The notes: generated by a model from the sequence alone, not told the origin. A DNA stretch of 64,000 nt from Planctomycetota bacterium (GCA_016190145.1 JACPRD010000197.1:70369-134368); one strand, 5' to 3'; shown: positions 39,883 through 50,366, counted from the first letter of the stretch. A program made the numbers and translations.

Positions 39883-40749
39883 GTGCTCAACGTCTTCTCC
39901 GTCGACCTCGAGGGCTGGTACCAGTCGCTCTCTCCCGACCCCGCGCCGGTCCCGCTCGCGGCCCAGCGCGACGGAATCCGGGAGGGGATCGACCGTCTCC
40001 TCGAGCTTTGCGGGCGCCGCAACGTGAAGGCGACGTGGTTCACGCTCGGGGCGGTCGCGGAGCTGATGCCGGAGGACGTGAAGCGGATCGCGGCGGCGGG
40101 GCACGAGGTGGCGTCGCACGGGCACGCGCACGACGACGTGCACGTCCTCGGCCCGGAGAGGTTCCGCGAGGACCTGCGGCGGGCGCAGGGGGCGATCGAG
40201 GCAGCGTGCGGGGCGCGGCCGCGGGGATACCGGTCGCCGAAGTGGTCCGCGGGCCGCGCGGGCCCGTGGTACTTTGACGCGCTGCGTCAAGAGGGCTACG
40301 CGTACGACTCCTCGCTCAATCCCGTGCCGATGCTCGGGACGCGCGGCATGCGTCACGACGCGCACCGCGTGGCGGGCGTCGCGGAGCTTCCGCCGATGGC
40401 CGTGCGGACGATGGTCGGCTGGCTGCCGGGAGGAGGTTCGATCGGCCTCCGGACTTTGACGCACCGCGTCATCCTCGGACGCGCCCGGGCGCTCAACGCC
40501 TCGGGCGAGCTGGCCGTCTTCTGGGTCCATCCGTGGGAGGTCGCGCAGCGCAGGCTCGCAGGCCGGATGCCGCTCGCGACCCGCCTCGTCTGCAACACCG
40601 CGCGCGTCGACCTCGCCGCCCGCCTCGACCGGCTTTTCGGCGAACTGCCTTTCGGCACCGCCGCCGCCGCCCTCGCGGAACGCGAAGCCCGGGCGCCGCT
40701 TCCCGAAATCGCCGAACCCGCCTGGCGGGAGGACCGGCCGCGATGGTGA
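39883..40749 (+). CDS. polysaccharide deacetylase family protein (DUF3473-type C-terminus)
   Basis: 288 aa. FSVDLEGWYQ, ATWFTLG, HEVASHGHAH. TAGCCT lies 6 nt upstream of the GTG. Confidence 0.8.
   Translation: MLNVFSVDLEGWYQSLSPDPAPVPLAAQRDGIREGIDRLLELCGRRNVKATWFTLGAVAELMPEDVKRIAAAGHEVASHGHAHDDVHVLGPERFREDLRRAQGAIEAACGARPRGYRSPKWSAGRAGPWYFDALRQEGYAYDSSLNPVPMLGTRGMRHDAHRVAGVAELPPMAVRTMVGWLPGGGSIGLRTLTHRVILGRARALNASGELAVFWVHPWEVAQRRLAGRMPLATRLVCNTARVDLAARLDRLFGELPFGTAAAALAEREARAPLPEIAEPAWREDRPRW
40274..40290. repeat. 17-bp palindrome TTGACGC-GCT-GCGTCAA (inside the deacetylase CDS)
   Basis: actTTGACGCgctGCGTCAAgag. Confidence 0.85.
40456..40472. repeat. 17-bp palindrome TTGACGC-ACC-GCGTCAt (inside the deacetylase CDS)
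   Basis: actTTGACGCaccGCGTCAtcc, 182 bp from the previous copy. Confidence 0.85.
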
Positions 40750-41564
40750 GGTGGGTGGCGATGTTCCCGGGCGTGTCGGGGCCGGGCGGGGGGGCGCCGG
40801 AAGTGGCGCAGGCGATCTCGGCGGCGGGGGCGACGTCCGAGGCCGGGCGGATCCAGGTCGAGACGTACGCGCTCTCGGTGGCGGGGTACCGGGCGCTGGG
40901 CGCCGAGCCCGCGGCGATCGCCGAGCACTCGATGGGAATCTACGCGGCACTCACGTGCGCGGGGGTGTGGACGTTCGAGGACGGGGCGCGCGCGACGGCG
41001 GCGGCGGCTCGTTTCCTGGACGAAGGGCCGCCGGGAGGGGTCGCGGTCTGCGTCGGGCTGCCGCTCGAGAAAATCGAAGCGCTCTGCCGGGCCTCGGGGA
41101 CGCACCTGGCCAACGACAACTCGGCCCTGCAGCAGGCCGTGGGCGGCCCGCTCGACGGCCTCGCGAAGTTCGAGGAGGCCGCGCGGGCGGCCGGCGCGTA
41201 CGACGTCGTGCGCGTTCCGCTTCGGGGCGCCGTCCATACCCCGATGCAGTCGGAAGCCGCCGCGAAGCTGTTCCGCTGGCTCGACGACGTCCCCCTGCGC
41301 CCGCCGCAGATCCCGCTCATCAACCACGTCGACGCGGAATGGTGGACGTGCGAAGAAATGCTCCGGCAGCACGTCGCGCACGCGCTCGAGAAGCCCGTCA
41401 AGTGGCGACAGGTCGCCGAGCGGCTGATGCGTGAAGGTTACGAAGTGTTCGTGGACGTCGGGCCGGGAGACGTGCTGGCGAAGCTCGTGAAGTGGGTCCG
41501 GCGGGAGGCGAGGACCGCGAGCGTGAGCGCGGATTTCGCCGCGGCCGTGCGCGCGATCCAATGA
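40743..41564 (+). CDS. malonyl-CoA:ACP transacylase-like acyltransferase (short FabD-like)
   Basis: Start at ATG 40743 (MVRWVAMFPG), overlapping the deacetylase end by 7 nt. Active-site-like EHSMGIYAAL (GHSxG variant) and GAVHTPM. Confidence 0.7.
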   Translation: MVRWVAMFPGVSGPGGGAPEVAQAISAAGATSEAGRIQVETYALSVAGYRALGAEPAAIAEHSMGIYAALTCAGVWTFEDGARATAAAARFLDEGPPGGVAVCVGLPLEKIEALCRASGTHLANDNSALQQAVGGPLDGLAKFEEAARAAGAYDVVRVPLRGAVHTPMQSEAAAKLFRWLDDVPLRPPQIPLINHVDAEWWTCEEMLRQHVAHALEKPVKWRQVAERLMREGYEVFVDVGPGDVLAKLVKWVRREARTASVSADFAAAVRAIQ

Positions 41565-41606
41565 GGTTCGGCGTCTGGCGTTCGGAGTTCGGTGTTGGGG
41601 AACGGG
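41565..41606 (-). repeat. heptanucleotide array (reverse complement of the CGCCGAA type) filling the whole intergenic gap
   Basis: ggttcgg cgtctgg cgttcgg agttcgg tgttggg gaacggg, followed by g and the ATG. Confidence 0.8.
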
Positions 41607-41607
41607 G

Positions 41608-42279
41608 ATGGCCGAGGAAGTCCGTGTGGTCGAAGGGCTTTCGGGGGCGCGTTCGGCGACGGGGACCATTGTCGTCGTCGACGTTCTCAGGGCGTTCACG
41701 ACGGCCGCGTACGCTTTCGCAGAGGGAATAGAGGAAATCGAGGTCGTCGCCACCGTGGAGGAAGCCATGGCGCGGCCCGGATTCCGCCTGGGTGAGGTCG
41801 GCGGCAGGCTCATCCCGGGCTTCGACCACAATAATTCCCCGTCGCAACTGATCGGAAAAAAGCTCTCCGGCCGCGCCGTGCTGCGGACCGGCGCGGGCGC
41901 GCAGTGCGCCGTCGTTGCCGCACCGCGTGCCACTTCACTCTGGCTGGCGAGCCTGGTCGTGGCTTCCGCGACCGTCCGGGCGATCCGCGGACCGGGGGAG
42001 GTGACGATCGTGCTTTCGGGATACCCCGACGAGGGCGAAGAAGACCGGGCGTGTTCCACATATATGGAAGCGCTCCTGCGCGGCGAGCCGCCGCCGCGCG
42101 ACGATGCCATCCGCGCCGTGCTCGCCAGCCGCGCGGCCGCGAAGCACCGCGCGGGCGACTCCGACCGGCCGATCGAGGACCTCGATTGCGCGACCGCCGT
42201 CGACGCGTTCGATTTCGCAATGAAGGTCGAGACGCGCGAGTCCCGGCTCGTGGCGAAGCGGGTGTACAATCCCTCCTGA
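41608..42279 (+). CDS. 2-phosphosulfolactate phosphatase (ComB) family protein
   Basis: 223 aa. VVVDVLRAFTTAAYAF and the overall length match the ComB family. Confidence 0.7.
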   Translation: MAEEVRVVEGLSGARSATGTIVVVDVLRAFTTAAYAFAEGIEEIEVVATVEEAMARPGFRLGEVGGRLIPGFDHNNSPSQLIGKKLSGRAVLRTGAGAQCAVVAAPRATSLWLASLVVASATVRAIRGPGEVTIVLSGYPDEGEEDRACSTYMEALLRGEPPPRDDAIRAVLASRAAAKHRAGDSDRPIEDLDCATAVDAFDFAMKVETRESRLVAKRVYNPS

Positions 42280-42299
42280 TTCCGCAGAGAGGACCGCTC

Positions 42300-43583
42300 A
42301 TGCGCTTCGCACTCGTCGCCGCACTTCTCGCCCTGGCCGTGCTCCCCCGCCCCGCGGCCGCCCAGGCCGACGCCGCGCTTAAGAAGAAAATCGACGGCGC
42401 GATCGACAAGGGCGTCGAGTGGCTGAAGAAGAAGCAAATCCGGCAGGGCGAGCACAAGGGCAGCTGGGGCGACGGCGTGAACACCGTCTACGGCGGCGGC
42501 GACGCGAAGTCCTCGGGAGGGATGTACCTCGCTTCCACGAGCCTCGCCCTGCTGGCGCTCCTCAAGTGCGGGGTGGATCCCGAGGATCCGGTGGTGAAGG
42601 ACGGGCTGGCGTACGTCGACGGGCTGCTGGTGAAGGAGTACGGCGAGGTAAAGAAGGGGCGTCCGAGTCCGACGATCCAGGGGTCGACGTACGTGGGCGG
42701 GATTCTGCTCATGATGTTCGAGGCGCTCTACGACGCGCGCACGGACAAGGCGATGAAGGCGGATGGGAAGGATCCGAAGACGGACGTGCGTCCGCCGGTC
42801 GTGCTGGAGGCGAAGGACAAGGCGACGGTGGCGCGGATCGTGGAGTGGCTGAAGGACACGCATTCGCGGAAGGGCGGCTGGCGCTACGGCGCGCCGATCT
42901 GGGAGTCGCCGGGCGGGGTGGAGGAGGATCCGAGCGCGACGCAGATCGTGCTTCTGGGCCTGGCGAGCGCGGGGCGGATCGGGGTCGAAACACCGCCGGA
43001 AGTGTGGAAGGCGGCGGCCGCGTGGAACCTGGAGGCGCAGGAGAAGACGGGCCCGGCCGTGAAGAAGCCCGCGCCGGCGGACGCGGGCGGCGGGACGTAC
43101 GCCGTGCGCGAGGGCGACCGCGCGCGCGGCTGGCCGTACCTCCGGCGCGGCTCGAAGGAGGACGAGCGCGTCACCGGCAGCATCACCGCGTGCGGCGTGA
43201 GCAGTCTGATCCTCTGCAAGGCCGCGCTGTCGAAGACGAAACTCTGGACGAAGTCGCTCTCCGCCCAGGTCGACCGCGGGATCTACGACGGTCTCGCCTG
43301 GATCGACCTCCACTACGCCGTCGACCGGAATCCCGAGGCCTTCCGGAGCCATTTCTACTATCTCTACGGCCTCGAGCGCCTCGGCACGCTCGGCAGCTTC
43401 GAGAAGATCGGCGCCCACCCCTGGTATCCCGACGGCGCGAAAGTCATCCTCGACCTTCAGGCGGCCGACGGCCACTGGGACACGCGCACCGAAATCGAGC
43501 CGTGCGACGTCATCGATACGTGCCTCGCGCTGCTGTTTCTCCGGAGGGCGACGATCCCGGTCGGTGTGACACTGACCCGGTGA
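42300..43583 (+). CDS. secreted prenyltransferase/squalene-oxidase-repeat (alpha/alpha toroid) protein
   Basis: Start at MRFALVAALLALAVLP inside ORF 41904..43583. AIDKGVEWLKKKQ...GSWG and repeated GGW/W motifs. Confidence 0.7.
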   Translation: MRFALVAALLALAVLPRPAAAQADAALKKKIDGAIDKGVEWLKKKQIRQGEHKGSWGDGVNTVYGGGDAKSSGGMYLASTSLALLALLKCGVDPEDPVVKDGLAYVDGLLVKEYGEVKKGRPSPTIQGSTYVGGILLMMFEALYDARTDKAMKADGKDPKTDVRPPVVLEAKDKATVARIVEWLKDTHSRKGGWRYGAPIWESPGGVEEDPSATQIVLLGLASAGRIGVETPPEVWKAAAAWNLEAQEKTGPAVKKPAPADAGGGTYAVREGDRARGWPYLRRGSKEDERVTGSITACGVSSLILCKAALSKTKLWTKSLSAQVDRGIYDGLAWIDLHYAVDRNPEAFRSHFYYLYGLERLGTLGSFEKIGAHPWYPDGAKVILDLQAADGHWDTRTEIEPCDVIDTCLALLFLRRATIPVGVTLTR

Positions 43584-43606
43584 TCAGCCCCCTCGTGCGT
43601 TCGGCC

Positions 43607-43951
43607 TCAGGCCCTGTATTCCGCCACGACTTCAATCAAACCCACGATCGCACGATTGAACGCCTCGAGATCCTCCGCCGGAATCCAGTATTCCTGATGC
43701 ACCGCAGCGCCCACGGTCCGCACCGGGTACTTCGCGCAAAACTCGGCAAGCACCTCGAACTTCGTGACGTACCCCACACCGTGGTCAGGCACGTTCCACT
43801 TCTCCGTAATCTGGCGCGCGTATTCCTCGTTACAGACAGGGTAAAAAATCGGCTGATGAGGGAGCCGCGGAGGGAATCTCCTCCACTCACTCGCCGCGAT
43901 CAGGTCCAGCTCAGCCGGACCCACCGGACGCCACAAAGTGACCGTCTGCAT
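43607..43951 (-). CDS. conserved hypothetical protein (114 aa)
   Basis: An intact ORF. WRPVGPAELDLIAASEWRRFPPRLPHQPIFYPV is a pattern I recall from a widespread uncharacterised family. No function is claimed. Confidence 0.6.
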   Translation of the reverse strand: MQTVTLWRPVGPAELDLIAASEWRRFPPRLPHQPIFYPVCNEEYARQITEKWNVPDHGVGYVTKFEVLAEFCAKYPVRTVGAAVHQEYWIPAEDLEAFNRAIVGLIEVVAEYRA

Positions 43952-44050
43952 GAAGAGCGCCCCCGTAATATCGGCGGGCCATCGTAGGCGTTCTGTCGCT
44001 CAAGGCGAGTGTTCAAAGCCAGGAAGAGGCGTCGGCCGAAGGCTTCGTTT

Positions 44051-44100
44051 CGCCGCAACGCCGAACTCCGAACGCCCAACGCCGAACGTCTTTCGACACA
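44051..44100 (+). repeat. heptanucleotide array (CGCCGAA type) in a divergent promoter region
   Basis: cgccgca(a) cgccgaa ctccgaa cgcccaa cgccgaa cgtcttt cgacaca. Confidence 0.8.
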
Positions 44101-44116
44101 CCGAGCCCCGGTCGGT

Positions 44117-44130
44117 TAGATTCGACGCGC
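44117..44130 (+). promoter_or_regulatory. -10-like TAGATT (GTTAGATTCGAC), 8 nt upstream of the fabG ATG
   Basis: ggtcgGTTAGATTCGACgcgcATG. Confidence 0.4.
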
Positions 44131-45219
<1,089 letters not shown>

Positions 45220-45222
45220 GGC

Positions 45223-46179
45223 ATGGACAACGTCCGTCGTTGGCGGTTCTTTCGCGCTCCGATCTCCCTGATGATCGCAGGTGACTTCACGCTGGCGTTC
45301 GTGCTGGCCGTGCGCGCCGCCCTGGATTGGCGCGAGGACAATCGTCCAGCACTGGAAGGCCTGGGGGCCGCACCGCTGATGATCCGGGGTTCCCTCATGG
45401 CCGTGGCGGCCCCCGGCCAATGGCGCCGGCTCGCGGCCTGGGTCGGCATGCTCATTTCGCTGGGTTTCGGCGCGGCCGTTTTCGCAACCGACGTGGTGGG
45501 TCCCTTTAAGGTGCTCCCCGCGACCTTTTTCTCCGCGATTCCCTTCTTTGTCCTCGGGCTGCTCGCGCTCGACGAAAACCGCGCCGGCGTGTTTGTCCGC
45601 CGGATGGCTCCGTGGGCCACCTCCGCCGCACGCATCGGCGCCACCGTCCTCTTCCTCACGTTTTTGTCAGGAGGACTCGCAGCGAGACAACCGGCGGGAC
45701 CGATCTCAGCCAGATTCCACGCCGGCTGGGTGGCCGGATGGATGGTCTGGACCGCTTCAGCGGTCCTCACGGCCTCCTTCATCGCCTGGTGGGGGTGCCA
45801 CCTCGAGGCGGGTCGGGCTGCGCGAAATCTCTGGCTCATCGCACTGCTGGGAACTCTCCTGGAAACAGTCGGGTTCACACTGATTGCAATGAATGCCGGC
45901 GACCCGGCGCAGCTTTATTTCGGCGTCGCGGTGGCCTTCGCCATGGGACACGTCGTGGTCAACCTCTCCTGCGCCCTGATGGCAGGAATCACGCCCGGCA
46001 TGCCCCGATGGTTGGGTCAATGGTCGCTCGGAGTGTGCTTCATGGGATTCGCGACCGCCTTCGCGGCGTGGATTGCCGAGGTTCCCACATTCCAGGTCGT
46101 GATTCTGATGGAAGCGATGGTTCTGTTTCCCTGGTTTGTCGTCGTCGGCAGGCTCCAATCCGGACGGACTGTTGTCTAA
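45223..46179 (+). CDS. polytopic membrane protein (paralog A)
   Basis: 318 aa, about 8 TM helices, no recognisable family. Confidence 0.65.
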   Translation: MDNVRRWRFFRAPISLMIAGDFTLAFVLAVRAALDWREDNRPALEGLGAAPLMIRGSLMAVAAPGQWRRLAAWVGMLISLGFGAAVFATDVVGPFKVLPATFFSAIPFFVLGLLALDENRAGVFVRRMAPWATSAARIGATVLFLTFLSGGLAARQPAGPISARFHAGWVAGWMVWTASAVLTASFIAWWGCHLEAGRAARNLWLIALLGTLLETVGFTLIAMNAGDPAQLYFGVAVAFAMGHVVVNLSCALMAGITPGMPRWLGQWSLGVCFMGFATAFAAWIAEVPTFQVVILMEAMVLFPWFVVVGRLQSGRTVV

Positions 46180-47371
46180 TGACCGCAGGAACGGCACTCG
46201 CCACTACCGGCTCTATCGCGTTCCTGTGACGCTGATCATCGTCGCCGACTTCCTGATGGCCCTGGGCCTCCTCGCGTGGACCGCGATGGACGTCTCACCT
46301 TGGGGCCACCCGCCGGCGTACGGCCTCTGGGCGTTACCACTAGTGCTCCGCAGCTCTCTCCTTGCGGTGGTCACTCCCGGCGAGTGGCGTCGCCTGACCG
46401 CGTGCGTGGGAATCCTGGGCTCGCTCGCGTTCGGAGCCGCCGTCGTCACCACGGACCTGGTCGCTCCGAACGGGGTCTTCACCATGACGTTCTACGTCGC
46501 GATCCCTCTCTTCGTTCTGACGCTTTTAGCACTGGAAGAGACCCGCGCCGGCAGTCTTCTGCGAGGGCTGGCCCCCATCGCCGCCTCCGCAGCTCGGGCC
46601 ACAGCGGCCATCCTCATTATCGTCTTCCTGTCCAAAGGCATCGGTCCGCAGGAACCGCGAAACCCGTTCTCGTCAGGGCATCCAGGCCCATGGATCGCCG
46701 GATGGATGACCGCGACCGCCGCTTCAGTCCTCACGGTCTCCTTCCTCGCCTGGTGGGCGTGCAGGCTGCATGTCGGCCAGTCCGCACGGGCCGTCTGGCT
46801 CCTTGCCGTCCTCGGAACCGTGTTCGAGAGCATAGGATTTGCCGTCGTCGCCCAGAACGTCGACGACCGCGAAGCGCTGTACATCGGCATCGCGCTCGCC
46901 TTGGTCGTGGGCCACGTCGTGACGAGCCTGTCCTGCGCGCTGATGGCGGGGATCACCCCTGGGCTGCCGAAATCGCTCGTCCTCCGGTCCTTCGGAGTGT
47001 GCGTCGCCGGACTGGGCGTGGCCTGCGCGGTGTGGACGGCGGATTTCCTGGTCTTCGGGGTCACCGTTCTCCTGGAAGCCGCGATTCAGGTCCCGTGGTT
47101 CCTGATCGTGGCGAGAAGACTGGAAGGGCTGAAGGCCAACACGATCGCCCTCGCTGCCGGCCACGGCGTGCCATGGGTGGACGACAACCAGGTCCGGATT
47201 CGCGGTGCTGATTCCGAGAACTCTCCCTTACCCGGGGCGACGCGGGTTGTGCCTCTCCCCTGCCATCACGGCGCGGAAGCAGGTTTGATCGAATTCTCGA
47301 CCCATGCGAGAAGCGGAGGTACGTCCTTTTCCAGGATGTCCCAGACTGTCGCCGGATCGACGCGCGCATAG
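46172..47371 (+). CDS. polytopic membrane protein (paralog B) with a ~90-aa non-homologous C-terminal extension
   Basis: It is collinear with paralog A: R(L/F)(Y/F)R.P..L(I/M)I..DF..A, GEWRRL/GQWRRL, LALEETRAG/LALDENRAG, SCALMAGITPG. The start is uncertain (TTG 46136 or TTG 46172). The tail overlaps hepT by about 100 nt. Confidence 0.6.
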   Translation: MSNDRRNGTRHYRLYRVPVTLIIVADFLMALGLLAWTAMDVSPWGHPPAYGLWALPLVLRSSLLAVVTPGEWRRLTACVGILGSLAFGAAVVTTDLVAPNGVFTMTFYVAIPLFVLTLLALEETRAGSLLRGLAPIAASAARATAAILIIVFLSKGIGPQEPRNPFSSGHPGPWIAGWMTATAASVLTVSFLAWWACRLHVGQSARAVWLLAVLGTVFESIGFAVVAQNVDDREALYIGIALALVVGHVVTSLSCALMAGITPGLPKSLVLRSFGVCVAGLGVACAVWTADFLVFGVTVLLEAAIQVPWFLIVARRLEGLKANTIALAAGHGVPWVDDNQVRIRGADSENSPLPGATRVVPLPCHHGAEAGLIEFSTHARSGGTSFSRMSQTVAGSTRA

Positions 47372-47616
47372 GAATGCGCCAAGATGTTGCGGAAGGCCAC
47401 GATCCGTTTGCGCTCGGGAACCGAATCGGCCAGCACCGGATCCACTTTGGCGAGCTGAGTCAGCGCCTCGCCGATGATCTCGAATTTCCGCTCCACTGCG
47501 GAGCGCAACATCTCGTCGGCGAGAAACTCCGGAAGTGTTCGTCCCTTTGAGAACGCCAAGAGTGCCAGCGCCGCCTTTCGAACATCCGCGAGGAGTACCT
47601 GCGCTTCAGGCGGCAT
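47266..47616 (-). CDS. hepT: HepT-type HEPN toxin (DUF86)
   Basis: C-terminal 116 aa of ORF 47266..47856. RNILAHSY is the Rx4H HEPN motif. Confidence 0.8.
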   Translation of the reverse strand: MPPEAQVLLADVRKAALALLAFSKGRTLPEFLADEMLRSAVERKFEIIGEALTQLAKVDPVLADSVPERKRIVAFRNILAHSYARVDPATVWDILEKDVPPLLAWVENSIKPASAP

Positions 47617-47923
47617 ACACCGTCGTCCGGGTCGGGCCGATGGCTTTGAGAAAGAGCGGATTCTCGACCGCCGTGACTTCGACGAGATCGACGTTCCGAC
47701 CAAAGAGCTCCTGCAGTGCGAACAGAAGCCCGAAGTAGGAATCGGCGCGCCCGTCCACGAATTCCCGTGGGAACTCCACGAGAAAGTCGAGATCGCTCCT
47801 CGCCGGGTCGAACGTTCCCTTTGAAGCCGATCCGAAGAGCTCCAGTCGCCTCGCACGGAATTTCCGGCAGAGGGAGGAGATGGTGGGAATCTGTTCTGTG
47901 ACGAAGTCAGGAATCATCACCAA
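47606..47923 (-). CDS. mntA: MntA-type nucleotidyltransferase antitoxin
   Basis: 105 aa. LFGSASKGTFDPARSDLDFLV (GSx10DxD). It overlaps hepT by 11 nt. Confidence 0.8.
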   Translation of the reverse strand: MVMIPDFVTEQIPTISSLCRKFRARRLELFGSASKGTFDPARSDLDFLVEFPREFVDGRADSYFGLLFALQELFGRNVDLVEVTAVENPLFLKAIGPTRTTVYAA

Positions 47924-47985
47924 TCATCTTACCGCGACAGCGGGCACCCCTTCTCTTTTCCGCAGAAATCCCGCACGATGGGGCC

Positions 47986-49194
47986 ATGTCCCGCCCCCGC
48001 ATCCTCGTCACCGGCCTCGGCCTCGTGACCGCGCTCGGACCCGACGCGGAGACGTGCTGGCACGCGGTGGTGGGCGGAAAGTGCGGCGTGGGGCCCGTCG
48101 ACTGCTTCGACGTTTCGCCCTACCCGGGGAAGCTTGGCGCGCAAATCCGGTTTCCGCTTCCACTCCCCCGCCTCCGTCCGCACGACCAGCGCCGGCTGTC
48201 GCGGTGCGACCGGATCGGGCTTGCGGCGGCGGAAGAAGCGCTGCTCGACGCGGGCTCGCCGCCCATGGACGACCGGTTCGGGGTCGCGGTCGGCGCGGGC
48301 GCGGGCGGGATGGTGGATGCGGAGGGGTATCACGAGAGGTTCGTGCGGGAAGGGGCTGGCACGCGCGCGCCGCTTCGGAACCTGTACTCGTTCCTGCCCG
48401 ACGCGACGGCCGAGTGGATCGCGCGCGCGTTCGGGCTGACGGGACCGCGCGCGACGGTGGCGACGGCGTGCTCGAGCTCGGCGACGGCGATCGGGATCGG
48501 CGCGGACTGGATCCGGAGCGGACGGGCGGACCGGGTGCTGTGCGGCGGGGCGGACGCGCTCTCGCGCGTGACGTGGGCGGGGTTCAACGCGCTGCGCGCG
48601 GTGGATCCGGCGCCGTGCCGGCCGTTCGATGCGGCGCGCGCGGGGATTTCGCTCGGCGAGGGCGCGGGGTTTCTCGTGCTCGAGCGCGAGGATCTCGTGA
48701 AAGGCCGGCCGCGCGCGGTGTTCGGCGGGTACGGGGTGACGAGCGACGCGTTCCACATGACGAACCCGCATCCCGAGGGGGCGAGCGCTTCGGCGGCGAT
48801 CCGCGCGGCGCTCGCGGACGCCGGCGTGCGGCCGGAGGACGTGGACTACGTGAACGCGCACGGGACGGGCACGCCGGCCAACGACGTGGCCGAGGCGAAG
48901 GCGATCCGCGCGGCGCTGGGCGTAGGAACGAAAGCGTGCGTTTCCTCCACGAAGTCGCAGGTCGGGCACACGCTGGGCGCGGCAGGCGGCGTCGAGGCGG
49001 TCGTCACGGTGCTCGCGGTCGAGCGCGGCGTCGCGCCCCCGAACGTCTCGACGAAGGACGTCGACCCCGCGTGTCTCCCGGTGGACGTCGTCCTGGGCCG
49101 CGGCCGGGAACTTGCGATCCGCCACGCGGTCTCCAACTCCTTCGCGTTCGGCGGCAACAACTGCGCGCTCGTCTTCTCGAGCATCGCGCGGTGA
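47986..49194 (+). CDS. beta-ketoacyl-ACP synthase (KAS II/FabF-like), catalytically complete
   Basis: 402 aa. Active-site Cys in ATACSSSATAIG, His in DAFHMTNP and NAHGTGT, and the C-terminal NSFAFGGNN. Confidence 0.9.
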   Translation: MSRPRILVTGLGLVTALGPDAETCWHAVVGGKCGVGPVDCFDVSPYPGKLGAQIRFPLPLPRLRPHDQRRLSRCDRIGLAAAEEALLDAGSPPMDDRFGVAVGAGAGGMVDAEGYHERFVREGAGTRAPLRNLYSFLPDATAEWIARAFGLTGPRATVATACSSSATAIGIGADWIRSGRADRVLCGGADALSRVTWAGFNALRAVDPAPCRPFDAARAGISLGEGAGFLVLEREDLVKGRPRAVFGGYGVTSDAFHMTNPHPEGASASAAIRAALADAGVRPEDVDYVNAHGTGTPANDVAEAKAIRAALGVGTKACVSSTKSQVGHTLGAAGGVEAVVTVLAVERGVAPPNVSTKDVDPACLPVDVVLGRGRELAIRHAVSNSFAFGGNNCALVFSSIAR

Positions 49195-50366
49195 CCCGCA
49201 TCGTCGCCACCGGCGCCGGCGTCCTCGCTTCGCCCGGAACGGGCCGCGAAGCCTTCCAGGCCGGGCTGCGCGCGGGCGGGCGCGGGGCCCAGCGCGTCGA
49301 AGGCTGGGCGCTCCGGCCGGGCGCGCCCGACCTGGCGTTCCGCGTCGCGGATTTCGATCCGAAGAAATTCGTCGCAGCCGCCGCGGTGCGCCGCATGGAC
49401 CGGACGGGGCATCTCGCGGTCGCCGCCGCGAAACTCGCGCTCGCCGACGCGGGCCTCGCGGGGCCGCTTCACCGCATCGCCGTCATTCTCGGCGCCGGCG
49501 GCGCGGGAGTCGACACCACGAGCGGATTCCACCGCCGCCTCGTCGAAACGGCGGGCGCCGACCCGAATCCCATGGCCTTTCCCAGCACCGTCCCCAACGC
49601 CGCGGCGGGGCAGATCTCCATCGCGACCGGGATCACCGGATTCAACACGACGCTCGTGCAGACGGGGGCGTCGGGCGAGGAAGCGGTCGCTCTGGCCGCG
49701 GAGCTGCTCGAGGCGGGACGGGCGGACGCGGTGCTCGCGGGCGGCGTCGACGAGATCTCGCTCATGATGCACCACGCGCTCGGCCGCCTGCGCGGCCTCT
49801 CGCGCACCGGCTGCCGCCCGTTCGACCGCGCCGCCGACGGGACGGTGCTGGCGGAAGATGCAGGCCTGGTTGTGCTCGAGCGTCTCGAAGACGCGCGCAA
49901 ACGCGGCGCGCGCCCGCTCGCCGAACTCGTCGCGTACGGCCGCGCTTCGTCCCCCGCGCGCCCCCTCGCCTACGGCCCCGCTTCCGCCGCCTCCGCCGCG
50001 ATGCGCGACGCGCTCGCCCGCGCCGGCGTCGCCGCGCGCGACGTCGCCTGGGTCAGTTCCCCCGCCAACGCCGTCCGCGGCGCCGACGCGCGCTGCGCCG
50101 CCGCGATCGCCGAAGTCTGCCCGCAGGCCGCCGTCTCATCGATCGCGGGCGCCTGCGGCGAATCGCTCGCCATCGGCGGCGTCCGCTCCGCCGCCTCCGT
50201 CGCCGCCTGCGCCGCGCGCGAGATCCCGCCGACCGAAGGACTCGCCGATCCGGCCTCGTCGCTCGACCACGTCCGCGAAACTCGCCCGCTCCGCGGCCCC
50301 GCCCTGCAGCACGGCGCCGGAACCGGAGGCGTGGACGTCGCCCTCCTGTGGCGCACGTTCGAGTAA
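49191..50366 (+). CDS. KS-like partner lacking the active-site Cys and His residues (chain-length-factor-like)
   Basis: Its GTG overlaps the KS stop (GTGA). It has a KS fold but reads TLVQTGASGEEAV where the KS has TACSSS, and SSPANAVRGAD where the KS has NAHGTGT. Confidence 0.8.
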   Translation: MTRIVATGAGVLASPGTGREAFQAGLRAGGRGAQRVEGWALRPGAPDLAFRVADFDPKKFVAAAAVRRMDRTGHLAVAAAKLALADAGLAGPLHRIAVILGAGGAGVDTTSGFHRRLVETAGADPNPMAFPSTVPNAAAGQISIATGITGFNTTLVQTGASGEEAVALAAELLEAGRADAVLAGGVDEISLMMHHALGRLRGLSRTGCRPFDRAADGTVLAEDAGLVVLERLEDARKRGARPLAELVAYGRASSPARPLAYGPASAASAAMRDALARAGVAARDVAWVSSPANAVRGADARCAAAIAEVCPQAAVSSIAGACGESLAIGGVRSAASVAACAAREIPPTEGLADPASSLDHVRETRPLRGPALQHGAGTGGVDVALLWRTFE

